NCBI RefSeq assembly: GCF_902713615.1
Contig: NW_024055900.1
Location: forward strand, 124,001 to 188,000
Direction of reading: 5' to 3'
DNA length: 64,000 nt
DNA from: Scyliorhinus canicula
Taxonomy: Eukaryota
The stretch's first letter is position 1. Every line of letters starts with the position of its first letter. The notes under the pieces are model-generated. The model ran no database searches and had not been told where the DNA came from. It saw only the letters and a list, made by a program, of their open reading frames with translations. The position numbers and the translations under genes were made by a program. Shown here piece by piece: positions 51,319 through 63,371 of this stretch.

Positions 51319-54300
51319 TTAATTCACTGTCTTTCCACCAAGTGGGTCATGTGTTTTAATTGTGATACAATTTATTTTGCTCCAGATACCATGCTTCTCT
51401 AATTCAACTGTATGTGTACCCAGAATCTGAACAATCTTGTCTTTACATTTTACAGCTTCACGGATGATTTTCCCTGCAGTCTTAGTTGGTAGCTTCACCC
51501 AAACTTCGCCTCCTACTTGATAATTCCCAGATTCACTTGGGTCCCCTTGTCCCTGGGAGACAGAGGTTCCGAGATTACTATTAAGATCAAATACTATTCT
51601 TTCAATGTCTTTATCCCAGCCTTTATCATTCTGATTCTTTATGATCCAATCCTTTACTTTTCTTACAGACCTCTCAGCCATTCCATTACTCTCAGGTGCA
51701 TACTTCACGGCCCAATTGATTGTTATTCCTCTGTCAGCACAAAAGTTAATAACAGTATTATTTCTAAAGTGCGGCGCAATGTCCATCCGGATCGATTCTG
51801 GTCTACCTCTGGAGGTCATCATTTCTGCCAATACCCTTTTGGTCGTGGCTCCATCTGCTTTGCTGGTTGCTCTAAGGTCAATTTCTCCTGTGCAGCTATC
51901 AGTTTTGACTAAAAAGTACAAATTACCTTTGCTGCTTCTGGGAAAAAGTGGTCCTGCATAATCTAATGACCATTCTTGCATTGGTTTCTCAGTTTTTATG
52001 CTCCCATATGTTTTATTCCCTCTCTATCCTCCACAGGCCATACATCTCTCACATTTTCTCCTTACTGCAGTTAAATGTTGCCTCCAATAGGCTATTTTAA
52101 TTCCCAACTTTTTCAACTCCCTTGCGACTACAACATGACTCCCATGTCCTGTGGCTTCATGTATTTGCTTAATTACCATTTGAAGGTCGGCTGCTGTGTT
52201 CCCAAGAGTCCCCAAGATTATCGTCCTAAGTCTGGCTAATTCATCCACTTCCTGATTCCCCTTACACAGTTCCCCAGTTCCTTTTGTGTGTGCTTTTTGA
52301 TGAATTGTCTGGATTTCCATATCGGCTAAAATTTTATCTATCTCTTCCCACTGTTCTTTCTGTTCCAGTAGTTTATTTCTACCGTTCGTCCAACCGTCTA
52401 GTTTCCAAAACTTCAAATCTTTCTCCAATCCTTGCTGCACGAAAAAGCTATCGGTTACAACGGTTACTTCCTGCAGCTTTCTCTGCTGACACTCCTTTAA
52501 CCCTTGCAATACTCCCTCTACCTCAGCTATCTGAGCTGATCCAATGATTATTCCCTGTTCCTCCACTACTATTTTTCCTGATTTTTAAAAAATGATTGCC
52601 CATCTGGCTTGTTCTTCGTCCTTCTTGACTTTACTACAATCAGTATATAATACCCAAGCATTCACCAACTCCGTTTTACGAACTGGTTCATCAAGTTTCT
52701 GTCCCTTTTTAATGTTATGAATAAACATTAAGTCAGAGTTTAGAAGAATGGTTTCCCATCTTTCCCATCGAGCTGTATTCGCGCCTTGCTGGCAAATCTG
52801 TCCCTTGGTTAGCTCCTTTAATTCCAAAAACTCAGTTGTGACATAAATTTTCTTACCACCCGACAAGTTTTCTATCTCTGCTATTCTCTTTGTTATAGCT
52901 GCTAGACATTTCTCGATGTCTGAAAACTTTTGTTCAGCTCTCGATCAGTTTCCTGTCAGACGTTTGATAGGTGTCTGATTGCTATGATTAGCAAGCACCA
53001 TGCCATATCCATTTTTATATATGTCTAATTTAATGCTTAAATCATCCTCTTCTCGTCTCCCAACTAATGGTCCCGATATCGCAACTGCTGTCTTTAACTG
53101 ATCTAACCCTCCCTGGGCCTCGCTGGTCCAAATAAAATCCCCTTTCAATGTTTCATAAATGGGTTTAGCATAGAGACTAAAGTCCTTCACTACTGGCCTT
53201 AAATATCCCAATATTCCCATTATTTTTTGAACCCCTTTTTTCGAAACAGGCGTAGTAATTTCAGCTACCTTCTTCCTCATTTCAATACTGGCCTCTCTAC
53301 CTTCCTTCGATACTGAATAACCCAAATAGTTGACTTCGCTTCTCCCAATTTGACATTTCTTGAGCCCTATTTTAAAGCCTGCTTCACTAAGTGTCTTAAT
53401 TATCCTGGCCACTCTTTCCACATGTTTGTCCTGATCGTCATCTCCAATTAATATATCATCGATATATACTAAAGCCAAATCATCTTTAATCAGTTCCCTG
53501 ATTATTGCCTGAAAGTGATTCGGAGAATTAACATATCCCTGTGGCAGTCTACAATATACATAATGCTTCGGTCCAAAGGTGAATGCTGTTTTCTCCCTGC
53601 TGTCTGGGTCTAATGGAACACTCCAGAATCCATTCGCCAAATCTATACTAGTTAAGTAAGTTTTTCCGCGACTTGCTCTCAGGTAGCTTTTGGATTTATT
53701 AAATATCTCTTGTCCTTCTTTGTGACTTTATTTAGAGCTTTGTAATTTGTTACCATCCTAAATGTACCATCTGTTTTTTTTACTACCTGAAGTGGACTAT
53801 TTGTTGAGGCATATGTGACCCCTTGAATAATCCCCTGCTGCTCCAATTCCTTGATTATTATCTCCAGCTCGCTCTTAGCTCCTCGGGTCAATGGATACTG
53901 TTTTTGAGGTCTGTGTTGTCCACCGTGAATTGTGTGTTGGAACCGCTTGCTAATTAAACCTGTGTCATTCTTGCCTATCGCTAGGTTTGCTCCCATGAAT
54001 ACTTCTTCCATCTTCTTCCAAGCTTCGTCATTTGAAATACTTTTCTCTTTCTGTTTCCTTATTTCCTCTATGTTATCAATTGGTTTTAATATCCTTATTT
54101 TTCCAGTATCTATTTTTATTAAATCTTTTCCTGCCATCAGATTCTCATTTCCTGATATTGCAAGTAATTCTCCCAATCTAATTTCTGGTCTAATATCCTT
54201 ATTCCCTAATGCTCCTTCTACTATGTATTGTTTTCCTGTAAGATTTCCAGCTTCTTCCCTTATCATTGATATCTCAGCCCCTGTGTCCACTATAAATCTT

Positions 54301-54340
54301 TTCCCCCTGTATCCTACTACTAATTCTCCTTTTTCTGTTT
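51319..54340 (-). pseudogene. pol: Retroviral pol: protease, RT, tether/degenerate RNase H, RNase H, integrase; frameshifted
   Basis: IVDTGA (PR); PQKQYPL, DLANGFW, RLPQGYVNSP, YIDD (RT); ARWERW tether; YTDCS/AEVEG/VTDS (RH); H..GH..CERC zinc finger; SLDYAGP..RMD..AERSV (IN). Confidence 0.92.
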
Positions 54341-54389
54341 CTGTTGTTTGATTTTGGATAGCCTGTTTAAGGAGAGAAGCCGAATCCGT

Positions 54390-56738
54390 TCAATTTATAC
54401 AGGGGCCTCCTCTGCCTCTTCCTCGGAATCCCCCTCGCGAGGGTCCCGAGTGCCACTCTGGTGGTTGATATCTACCTTGCTCAATCCTCCCCTGACCTGT
54501 TGCTCTTCTTCTTCTATCCTCAATGAATCTGTCTCTTTCCTCCCGACTGAGGGCTAGGAATTGTTCCCTTGGTAAGTAATTTAGATTTTGTGGTGGAGGT
54601 GGCCCTTGTGACCGCAGATTATACCCGTGTTGTGGCATTGCTGGTTGGGCTAGATTTTGTTCCGATTTGTCGGGTATCTGTCGATTTGGTGGTCTAATCT
54701 GAGCCTTTTGTGTTGAAACATTATTTTGGGCAGCTGCTGCTCTTTTTTGTTCCCCTTTTGTGTGTTTATCCTTAAATGCTTTGCCTGCCAAATCAAATTT
54801 CACCAGTTCTCTTCCTATTTCTCTTCTGGAGGTGTTGTTCAAAATTTTCCACCGGTTCTATATATTTATCAAACATTGCAATTGGTACTTGGCTATCCCG
54901 TGGAGCATAACTTGCCCTATCCATAGGAGTAGGAGCAGTTATTCGGGGTCTTGGAATATTCTGTATCCTTTCTTGTGGTCTTAATGCTGATATTATCTGG
55001 CCTTGTGTTTCTGTGCTGTTCCTTACTCTATTCATGGCTCTTCCGAAACTGTCATACCTTTGCTCATTTGCCAAATTTTAGCGTTGGGGGTAACGTTTGG
55101 TAATCCCAGTAATTTTGTAGAATCAATTTGTTGACATCCTCCTAATATTTCTCCTATTTTAAGTCCCCTAGATATAACCTCTCTTTCCCATCCTTCCCGA
55201 TCTCTATGGTGTACCATTTTTGCTTCTGGATTATACATATAATACGGTAAATCCTTATTTATTGGTCGATAAGTGGAAGGTTGTTGTTGTTTCCAGTAAT
55301 CACTATAATCCCCTATTTCTACTGGTTTAGAATTTTTTCTATTCCCTATTCTTCTCCTTGGTTTTAATATTTCCTCATTCTCTGATGAGGATGATAATTC
55401 TTCCTGTCCCAGCGCAGGAGGCGCAATAATCCCAACTAGGCTTTGTTCCTCTTCACTTTCTTGTGTTTCAAAAAAATAATCGATAAAAGCTCCATTTTTA
55501 TGTGTGGCAGATTGCCTAGGCCAATTTTCTTCCTGAAACGGACTTGGATCTGGGTATTGAAAATTGTATTCCTTTGGGAAATTTCCAAAGGGGTCCGAAT
55601 TCTCTTGGCTATCTGAAGCGCTGGGACATGTTTTTTCTATCTCTAACAGGGGTGCTGGCATTTGGTTGAATTGAAATTCAGATTGCTGTCTTGTTCCTGC
55701 TGTGTCTAAAAGGAATTGTGGCCATTGCTCTCGCCAAATCCTAATTATCTGACCTGCCCTAGCTGGAGGGGTTAATGCACATGTCTTTATTATTGCTCTC
55801 AGAGATTCCCTTGAGTTATTTTTGTATATTCCGTCTCCTAATAATGTCATATCAATATCTCTCCCTACACTATGTCTCAGGATCCCTTCTATGTTCGCTT
55901 GATTTACTTCTGTCTCCTCCATGACACCATACTGCTGTCCGGAATTGTTTAGTGATACCACATGTATAATCATTGTCCCATGGCTCAGAGTTGTGGCTCT
56001 AACTATCCTTTCTTTAAATTCTCCTCTTAGAACTACCTCCTCATCCATTTTTAGCTGTAACTCCGGATTGTATCTATGAGCCAATACCCCGGAAATTCCT
56101 GCCCCTAATTTCCCTTTTCTAGTGGAAGGATTAACTTGTACGTCCTTTTGGGCATTTGTAAAATCTCCTTCCACTAAGTGGATCTGCTTTCCTCCTATGT
56201 ATAATTTTTTTATAAGTCTCGTCTGTTACCATTCATCTGCACTTTTACTTGGCACATTTATTTGAAACCCTACTGTTTTTACTCTGCTATCTGATTCTAG
56301 GACTGATTCCTCGTCATTTTCCATTTCTAATGCTTCATTTTTCTGCAGTTGTTTTATATATTTGTTTGCCACTTCAGACTTACTTTTGTGTTCACAAGGA
56401 ATCTGTATTATTTCTTTCATGTTTTCTTCGTCAATGATTTTACCCAGTTTGGAGCACACTTTGCCCACTTGAGCAGCTGCATGCTTCTGTCTGTGTCCGA
56501 ACAAGATTAGTGATTCAGCTTGCTTTTCAAATGCAAATTCACAAAGTGCTTGAAGAATCCCTACTGGATCTGTATATTGCAGGGCTTTAGGCACTCTAAC
56601 AAAGAAGGAGATATCTCCGTCTGGATACATCTCTCTATTCCAGGATCTTTTTAGCTCTTTTAATTTCTTCCATTCTTGTTTCATTGCTACATCTCTCTTG
56701 ACTGTATTCCAGGGCAAGAGAATTACCCTAATTGCCAT
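54390..56738 (-). pseudogene. gag: Retroviral gag-position ORF (~780 codons; one in-frame stop at 56226-56228 and two frameshifts)
   Basis: Lies between the PBS leader and pol. ORFs 56226-56738 and 55032-56174 share a frame. The C-terminus is Gly/Arg-rich (GPSRGGFRGRGRGG) with no CCHC knuckle, as in foamy Gag. Confidence 0.75.
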
Positions 56739-57168
56739 TTTTCGGATTTTTAACTTCTGTTCCTGGTTGTCCCTTTCAGGTGCACTCTGAATTTAAGGAT
56801 AAGTACCCTTTCTGGGCCCTATCCAAGTCTGAATAAGGCACTATCTTCCTGTTTTAGTTAAGGGTCGATTGGTTATTGGTTTCTGAAGATTCTAAGCGTC
56901 CCTATTTTCCAGAAAATATCCGCACAATCTGCCTTACTCTGAGGATGATTTATTATTTGGCCTCTTTTACCAGTAATGGATGCAAGATTTTAGTGCTATC
57001 ACCAAAATGTCTTGCAGACTTTTTCTCAGGGTCAGTACCTTCTAGTCTACTGATTTTTCACACCCAAACTGAGCTTCAGTCCCCTCGATCCAGAGAATAC
57101 CCTTACAAAAGCCAATCACACATGACTTTCCAAACTAAACTCGGCAGGTAAAGTTTGACTCACACAGA

Positions 57169-57331
57169 CTAGAAACTTCTAATATTCTAGCCTTTGTGCC
57201 GGTTAGAAACTTCTAATATTCCAACCGTTTCTTGGGAACTAGAAACTTCTAATATTCTAGCCCCTACTCTGCTTAACTAGAAACTTCTAATATGCTAGCC
57301 TCGCTTTATCTAGAAACTTCTAATATTCTAG
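57169..57331 (-). repeat. Five copies of a 22-nt hairpin in the retroviral leader
   Basis: CTAGAATATTAGAAGTTTCTAG-type units at 57169, 57203, 57239, 57277 and 57310. Confidence 0.85.
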
Positions 57332-57332
57332 G

Positions 57333-57350
57333 CCTCCACGCTGGGCGCCA
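57333..57350 (-). promoter_or_regulatory. Primer-binding site, tRNA-Lys1,2-like
   Basis: TGGCGCCCAGCGTGGAGG directly after the 5' LTR CA; 15/18 match to TGGCGCCCAACGTGGGGC. Confidence 0.85.
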
Positions 57351-58577
57351 TGAATTTAAAACTCACCATTATTCTTAGAATTCCCCCTATACCAAATAAA
57401 GGTCGATATTCTAAACGGTGAACAGGAATTCTCACTCCCTGACTCCGATGCAGGCTTCGGTGGGTGCTATTTAGGTCAAACTATATTTTCAAGTAATCCC
57501 CCAGTATACCTTCACCGAAGAATTTTACCTACTTACCCCTTAGTAGCATCGATGTCCTGGGTCCTGCGTTGTTAAGGAAGTAAAGTAGGCTAATAACCAC
57601 TTTTTCAGGTTAAATTATTTTATTATTATATTTTTTCTTTTAAAAGCTGCAAACACTTTTTTTTACAGAAAGGAAAAAAGATCTTGCTTTGGGATCCTTC
57701 CTGTTGGTTGAAGGGACCTTCAGGCCCACCTTGACAATCGATCTTATTAAAATCTTGTCTTCTTGAGTTGTATTCGCTGGTGAACTCGGTTGCTGTGTCC
57801 TATCCTTCCCATGCACCGAGCTGTGAGAGTTGGCTCTGGTGGCTGTCCCCTTTCTTCAGATTTATATTCTCTTTCGAAGAGTCACCAAGTTTTAACGACT
57901 TTATTGTAAATGAGCATGTTTCATTTTGATTGTCAAAAAGTATCCTTGATGCAAACATCCAAATACAACCAACTATTCACTTTACGCACAACGTCACCTT
58001 TCAGATCTGATTTAAAAAACGCCCCGGTTTCAATAGTTGTTACCTCCACTTCCTGCTTTTGAATCGCTTAATTTTCCAATTGTCCCCAGCTCATAACTTT
58101 GCCTTTGATTTTGACTTAAAATTGTGTCTCCCGTAGACAGGTCGTCTCCAATTTTCTTTTAATTGACTTGATGTCCATAGAATTTTACACTTTAGAATTT
58201 ACACCAAATTCGACTGAGCATCTTCCATCCTTTCCAGCTGTTTACTAAGAGTTTATTTCAATTAAGGTGTGAGACTTTGCTTTTAGCTGTATGCTAAAAT
58301 TTAACTGAAAGACCTGCCTGTTTTAAACATTCGTCAATTGAAACTCTCATCCATGCCTTTCCAGATACTTCCTGAGATAGTTACATTCCATGAAGGTGTG
58401 AGGCATTGTTTTAGCTTACCACATGAAACCTGTGTGTTTGATAATCTGCATTTTACAATCCTGCTCTTTGCAGCTGCTATTAACCCTTTGTGGGATCTTT
58501 CCCTGTACCCTCTCAGACCAGATATTGCCAGACTTCCATGTTGGAAATGACACATTTTTTCTGTATTTTCAAGAACA
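57351..58577 (-). repeat. 5' LTR (1227 bp)
   Basis: Aligns with 48289-49522; followed on - by the PBS. Confidence 0.92.
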
Positions 58578-60020
58578 AGGGTGTTCCTGGAGCGAGGGAG
58601 GGATAGAGGCGGGCTGGCGCTTCCCAACCTTCTGGGGTACTATTGGGCAGCCAATGTGTCAATGGTGCGTAACTGGGTGATGGAGGGGGGAGGAGCGGCG
58701 TGGAAAAGAATGGAGAATGCGTCATGTAGAGATACGAGCCTGGGTGCCATGGTAACGGCGCCGTTGTCGCTCTCCCCTAAGAGGTTTACCACGAGCCTGG
58801 TGGTGGCGGCGACCCTAAAAATCTGGGAACAGTGGAGGCGGCACGGGGGGAAACAGGGGGCTCGATGGAGGCTCCACTGGGTGGCAACCATCGGTTCATC
58901 CCGGGGAACAAGGATGGGGGATTTAGGGGGTGGCAAAGGCGGGCATCAGCAAATTGAGGGACATGTTTATTGGCGGGAGGTTTGCGGGCCTGGGGGAACT
59001 GGAAGATAAATTTGGCCTTTCCCAAGGGAACATGTTCAGATACTTGCAGGTAAAGGCGTTTGCTAGGCGACAGGTAGAGGGATTCCCTTTGCTGCCCTCG
59101 CAGGGGACGATGGACAGAGTGCTTTCGTGGGTGTGGGTCGGAGAGGGGAAGGTGTCTGACATCTATACGGTAATGCAGGAGGTGGAGGAGTCGTCAGTGG
59201 AGGAGCTGAAGGCTAAATGGGAGGAGGAACTCGGGGAGCAGATAGAGGACGGGACTTGGCCGGATGCCTTGGAGGGAGTCAACTCTTCCTCCTCATGTGC
59301 GAGGCTTAGCCTCATCCAATTTAAGGTGCTGCACCAGGCCCACATGTCCGGGACTAGGATGAGTAGGTTCTTTGGGGGTGAGGATAGGTGCACCAGGTGT
59401 TCGGGGAGTCCAGCGAACCACGCCCATATGTTCTGGGCATGCCCAGCACTGGAGCAATTCTGGAAAGGGGTAGCGAGGACGGTGTCGAGGGTGGTTGGAT
59501 CCAGGGTCAAACCAGGGTGGGGACTCGCGATTTTTGGAGTTGCGGTAGAGCCGGGAGTGCAGGAGGCGAAAGAGGCCGGTGTCCTGGCCTTTGCATCCCT
59601 AGTAGCCCGTTGAAGGATTCTGCTACAGTGGAAGGATGCAAGGCCCCCATGTGTGGAGACCTAGATCAGTGACATGGCGGGATTTATAAAACTGGAAAGG
59701 GTCAAATTTGCCCTGAGAGGATCAATACAAGGGTTCTATAAACGATGGCTGCCTTTTCTGGACTTCCTGGCTCAAAGATAGGTATCTTGGTCAATAGCAG
59801 CAGCAACCCGGGGGGGGGGGGGGGTGTTCCTTATTGTAATGTCTATTCTGTAACTTTATATTGTGTTCATTTGCGTTGTTGTTAAAATGCTGTGTTGTTC
59901 ATGGAGGTGGGGCCAATGTTTATGATTGTTAATATTATTGTTATTTTTGGTATTTTACTAAGGTGCGTTATTGTTGTATAAATTGAAAATTTTTCAATAA
60001 AAATTATTTTAAAAAAAGAA
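58578..60020 (+). mobile_element. 5'-truncated L1/Tx1-clade LINE fragment (ORF2 C-terminus, 3' UTR, A-tail)
   Basis: RVFLERGRDRGGLALPNL...CARLSLIQFKVLH..C..C..ANHAHMFWACP is homologous to the 1019-2383 ORF; AATAAA at ~59996 followed by an A-rich tail. Confidence 0.88.
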
Positions 60021-60819
60021 ACATGTCTGGCTGAATCTCTCTGAGTGGATGGGAATGGGATGAGGCAGAGATTGAGAAGCAGAGAGGGAATCCGGGCTCT
60101 GTTCAACTCATTGTTCCACCCACACACTGCTGGGGGGACAGACCCCTTGTGACCTCAGCAGTCAATGACGAACTGAGACTGTTCTTCGCTTATCAATCAG
60201 TTCAGCGAGATTCTTAATTGTAGTGGTAACGATTTTAAGACGTTTAATGAAACGGATCAGATGTAATTGTTTCAATCAGCAGAACATTCGATAATCCATG
60301 TACGCCAGGTTATGAGAGAGAAAAGCAGGGAAATATCACATTCACTTATTACACTGCCATGTGTTCAAATCTGGACATAATATTCAATAGCAACGTTCAA
60401 AATGAAATTATATGTATCTTGAACAAAAAAAATCAGGTATATATGCAAAATGCGTGAATGAAAAATGGTTTGGTTAATTATTCCAATTGTCTCAGTCGGT
60501 GCTCCAAGATTCAATGATTCTCGCTGCTTTATGTCCTTCCTGCTCTAGTTCTTCTCAGTCTCTTGAACATTGAGCAGGTGCAGGATGGTCACAGTCTTCT
60601 GCATATTCTCTATTTCCGCTCCGATTACAGCTGAGAGTCACCGAGTGTGCGGTATCCCGTCCACAGCTTCCGGTTGCTGCTGTCGCTCTGACCCAATTGT
60701 GTTAATGGAGAAATTGTTGGCTCTGCCATTGGTCGATCAGCAGCGCAGTGTGACGGGGATCCGTATTTCTGTCTCTGACAGAGGATTCCTCTCACTGCAG
60801 AGTTCCAGACTCAGGAAGG

Positions 60820-60868
60820 ATGATGGGAAACCGACTCGCTCAGATGCTCACCATTATCTCACTTCTCA
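60820..60868 (+). CDS. Leader exon of TCR V segment 1
   Basis: MMGNRLAQMLTIISLL then A|GTAAGT; phase matches the V exon. Confidence 0.8.
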
Positions 60869-61019
60869 GTAAGTATTTCCTTCCCAGTAAAATTCCATTC
60901 TCCTCCTGGCTGCTGTAACCCTGACGTTATTGTTGGTAAACATAATAGTGGTGGTGAAAATTAAGTTGATCTACTTGGGGCTCATATTGATTGTTGTTCT
61001 TAATATATTATTATGTCAG

Positions 61020-61323
61020 ATTGGAGCCACCAGGACACAGTGGAGCAGCTGGATGCTGAAATAAAGATCGAAGAGGAAAGTAATGTCACACTAACCTGCA
61101 ACTTGAAGACAAGCGCTTCGAACCCGTACGTGTACTGGTACAGTCAGAGTCCCGGGAAGGCTCCACAATACATTCTTCATGTTCTGGGAAAGAACATTTA
61201 CAGACACCCTGACATCACCGATCGCGATTCAGCTACCTTAAATCAAACTGCCAAGATTAGCAAGCTAATGATGGGCAACACACTGATGTCTGACAGTGCA
61301 CTGTATCTTTGTGCCTTGCAGCC
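61020..61323 (+). CDS. TRAV/DV: TCR alpha/delta-type V segment 1 (open frame)
   Basis: Acceptor tgtcAG|. Protein DTVEQ...VTLTC...YVYWYSQSPGKAPQYIL...SDSALYLCALQP with V-set Cys, Trp and Cys, followed by an RSS. Confidence 0.85.
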
Positions 61324-61361
61324 CACACTGCTACAGATATAGCGGGTCCCGTACAAAAGCC
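61324..61361 (+). promoter_or_regulatory. RSS of V1: CACACTG-22 nt-ACAAAAGCC
   Basis: Read directly after the V coding end. Confidence 0.8.
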
Positions 61362-61594
61362 TAACAGTCAGGGTTCCAGTTAATGCTCAGCAAAGAAACA
61401 ATAATCCGGCCTCCACGGTGACAGTCACAGTAGGAGACCATTAGAAAATTGCAAACAATCGCGCCCTACTGCACAATATTCTAGATGTGATCCCATCCAT
61501 ACCCTGTATAACTGAAGCATAACCTCCATGTTTTTGTGATGAATTCACCTCACAATAAACAACAATATTCTCATTATTTGCTACACCTGTACAC

Positions 61595-61878
61595 TGGAGT
61601 TTGTGATTCAAGCACTAGGAAACCCAGACAGAAAGAGGTGTCACTCTAACCTGCACCAATATCGACAATGCTTTATACTTATTCTGGTACCGTCAGTACC
61701 CAGACAAACAGTCCGCGTTTGCAGTCCGGAAGGACACGGACGGCCGTTCTGAATTGAAGGCGCATTTCTCTCAGGACCGGTTTTCAGATACAGTTCAGCA
61801 GTCAAACAAGTTGTACCGATTGACCATCTCGGAGATGCGGCTGTCTGACACCGCGGTCTATTATTGCGCACAGACTCT
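61595..61878 (+). pseudogene. TRAV/DV: TCR alpha/delta-type V segment 2, damaged 5' end
   Basis: ETQTERGVTLTC...LFWYRQYPDKQ...DRFS...RLTISEMRLSDTAVYYCAQT. In-frame TAG and TGA just upstream in FR1; no clean leader or acceptor found. Confidence 0.8.
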
Positions 61879-61917
61879 CACAGTGATGGGAACGAGGGAA
61901 AGCCTCGTCCAAAAGCT
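61879..61917 (+). promoter_or_regulatory. RSS of V2: CACAGTG-23 nt-CCAAAAGCT
   Basis: Consensus heptamer, 23-nt spacer, degenerate nonamer. Confidence 0.75.
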
Positions 61918-63332
61918 GCCGGAGGTTTGTGGATCACAGCTGCAGTCTGGTGCGAGCTGGTTTTCACAGCGGCTCAGACACTGAAACGTGAATGGTTTCC
62001 TGTGAGCACAGACCCCCGAGCACAATCCACATATACACCATCTAAAATGATTCACATCGAAGACAGATTCAGTCCCATTATCGCATTTACTGGGAGCAGA
62101 ATTAGTTGATGCTGATGTGAGGAGATTTGTGAACTCGTCGCAACCATTGAGAAAACAAACTGTGAAGGTGGTCGAGAACTATTTATATCACTGACCGCGG
62201 TTCAGGAAATCTCTGAAGGACCAGTAATTTTGGGTTTGAAATATGAGTCTGTAGTGCAAACCAATGCCCACCGGGTGAGGAAAATCTTAATAATCATAAT
62301 AACCCGATTTCTCAATGTTAATGTCACTGACATATATTAAAACTGAGAATGCTTAATATGGCTGAAAAAATACATTTTGAAATGAAAAATGAAATGAAAA
62401 TCGCTTATTGTCACGAGTAGGCTTCAATGAAGTTACTGTGAAAAGCCCCTAGTCGCCACATTCCGGCGCCTGTCCGGGGAGGCTGGTTCGGGAATCGAAC
62501 CGTGCTGTTGGCCTGCTTTAAAAGCCAGCGATTTAGCTGAGTGAGCTAAATCATCCCCTTTTCGATTGTTTCCCCTGACATTGCTGTTCTTACCATTGTC
62601 CTGACGAGTACAGGACGATAAACGTCGATATTTATTTTCAGCAATGCTCAGGTCTGTGCTCACAAACAATCAATCCTTAATTTAGAAAATGTACAGGAGT
62701 TATTTTCCGGACATGATTAGAAGTTGATGAATAATGCTAAATAAGTAAATTATCCTTAAGGTCAGATTTCGCGCGTTCTAGACACCTCGACTAATGGTAA
62801 CTTCAAAAGTCAAATGGAAAAGAACATCAGAAAGCGCCAGGAGCGCGGTAGCGAATCTGAACACACCGGACAAGACTTTATGCACAAAGTTTTTGTACTT
62901 TTGTCCTGAGCTCCCCTCAGTGTTATATGCCTGCTACTGCATTTACGCCGTTTGTGTCACTGCTTTAAAGACTGGAATACAATATCAAATATTTTCATAG
63001 CATTTTTGTCGCAATATATTTAATTTGGAAACTGGAACAAATGCTCTAAAAACATATCATAACGTTATGCTCAGAATGTATTCGATGTAAAATGGAGCAG
63101 AGGAAACCTCCTCAGCGCTGCCCGGACAGGCGCCAGAGTGTGACGACTAGGGGATTTTCACAGTAACTTCATTGCAGTGTTAATGAAAGCCTACTTGTGA
63201 CAATAAAGATTATTATTATCTATTGCTTGTCAATCATTTGGATTTATTTCAAATCAGAAAAATCTGCTGATTGGTTCGCAAAGTCCAGCTTTTCGCCCTT
63301 AGCCATCTGTTCTCTTTGTCACACTGCGGCAG

Positions 63333-63371
63333 TGTTTTTGTACGAGGCTCTCTCGAGTTGTTGTCACTGTG
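63333..63371 (-). promoter_or_regulatory. RSS of V3: CACAGTG-23 nt-ACAAAAACA
   Basis: Near-perfect 23-RSS on -. Confidence 0.9.

Larger units (their letters stand above)
48289..58577 (-). mobile_element. Endogenous retrovirus, spuma/foamy-like, decayed and lacking a recognisable env
   Basis: Paired ~1.23-kb LTRs (TG...CA), tRNA-Lys PBS, PPT, gag, and PR-RT-tether-RNaseH-IN; RT motifs close to foamy viruses. Confidence 0.9.

Noticed and set aside
51517-54351. + strand ORFs antisense to pol
   Set aside because: Shadow ORFs of the A-rich pol coding strand, with no independent motifs.
48289-58577. Ty3/Gypsy assignment
   Set aside because: The domain order is compatible, but tether plus a second RNase H, the Lys1,2 PBS, the long LTRs and foamy-like RT motifs favour a retrovirus; phylogeny is still needed.
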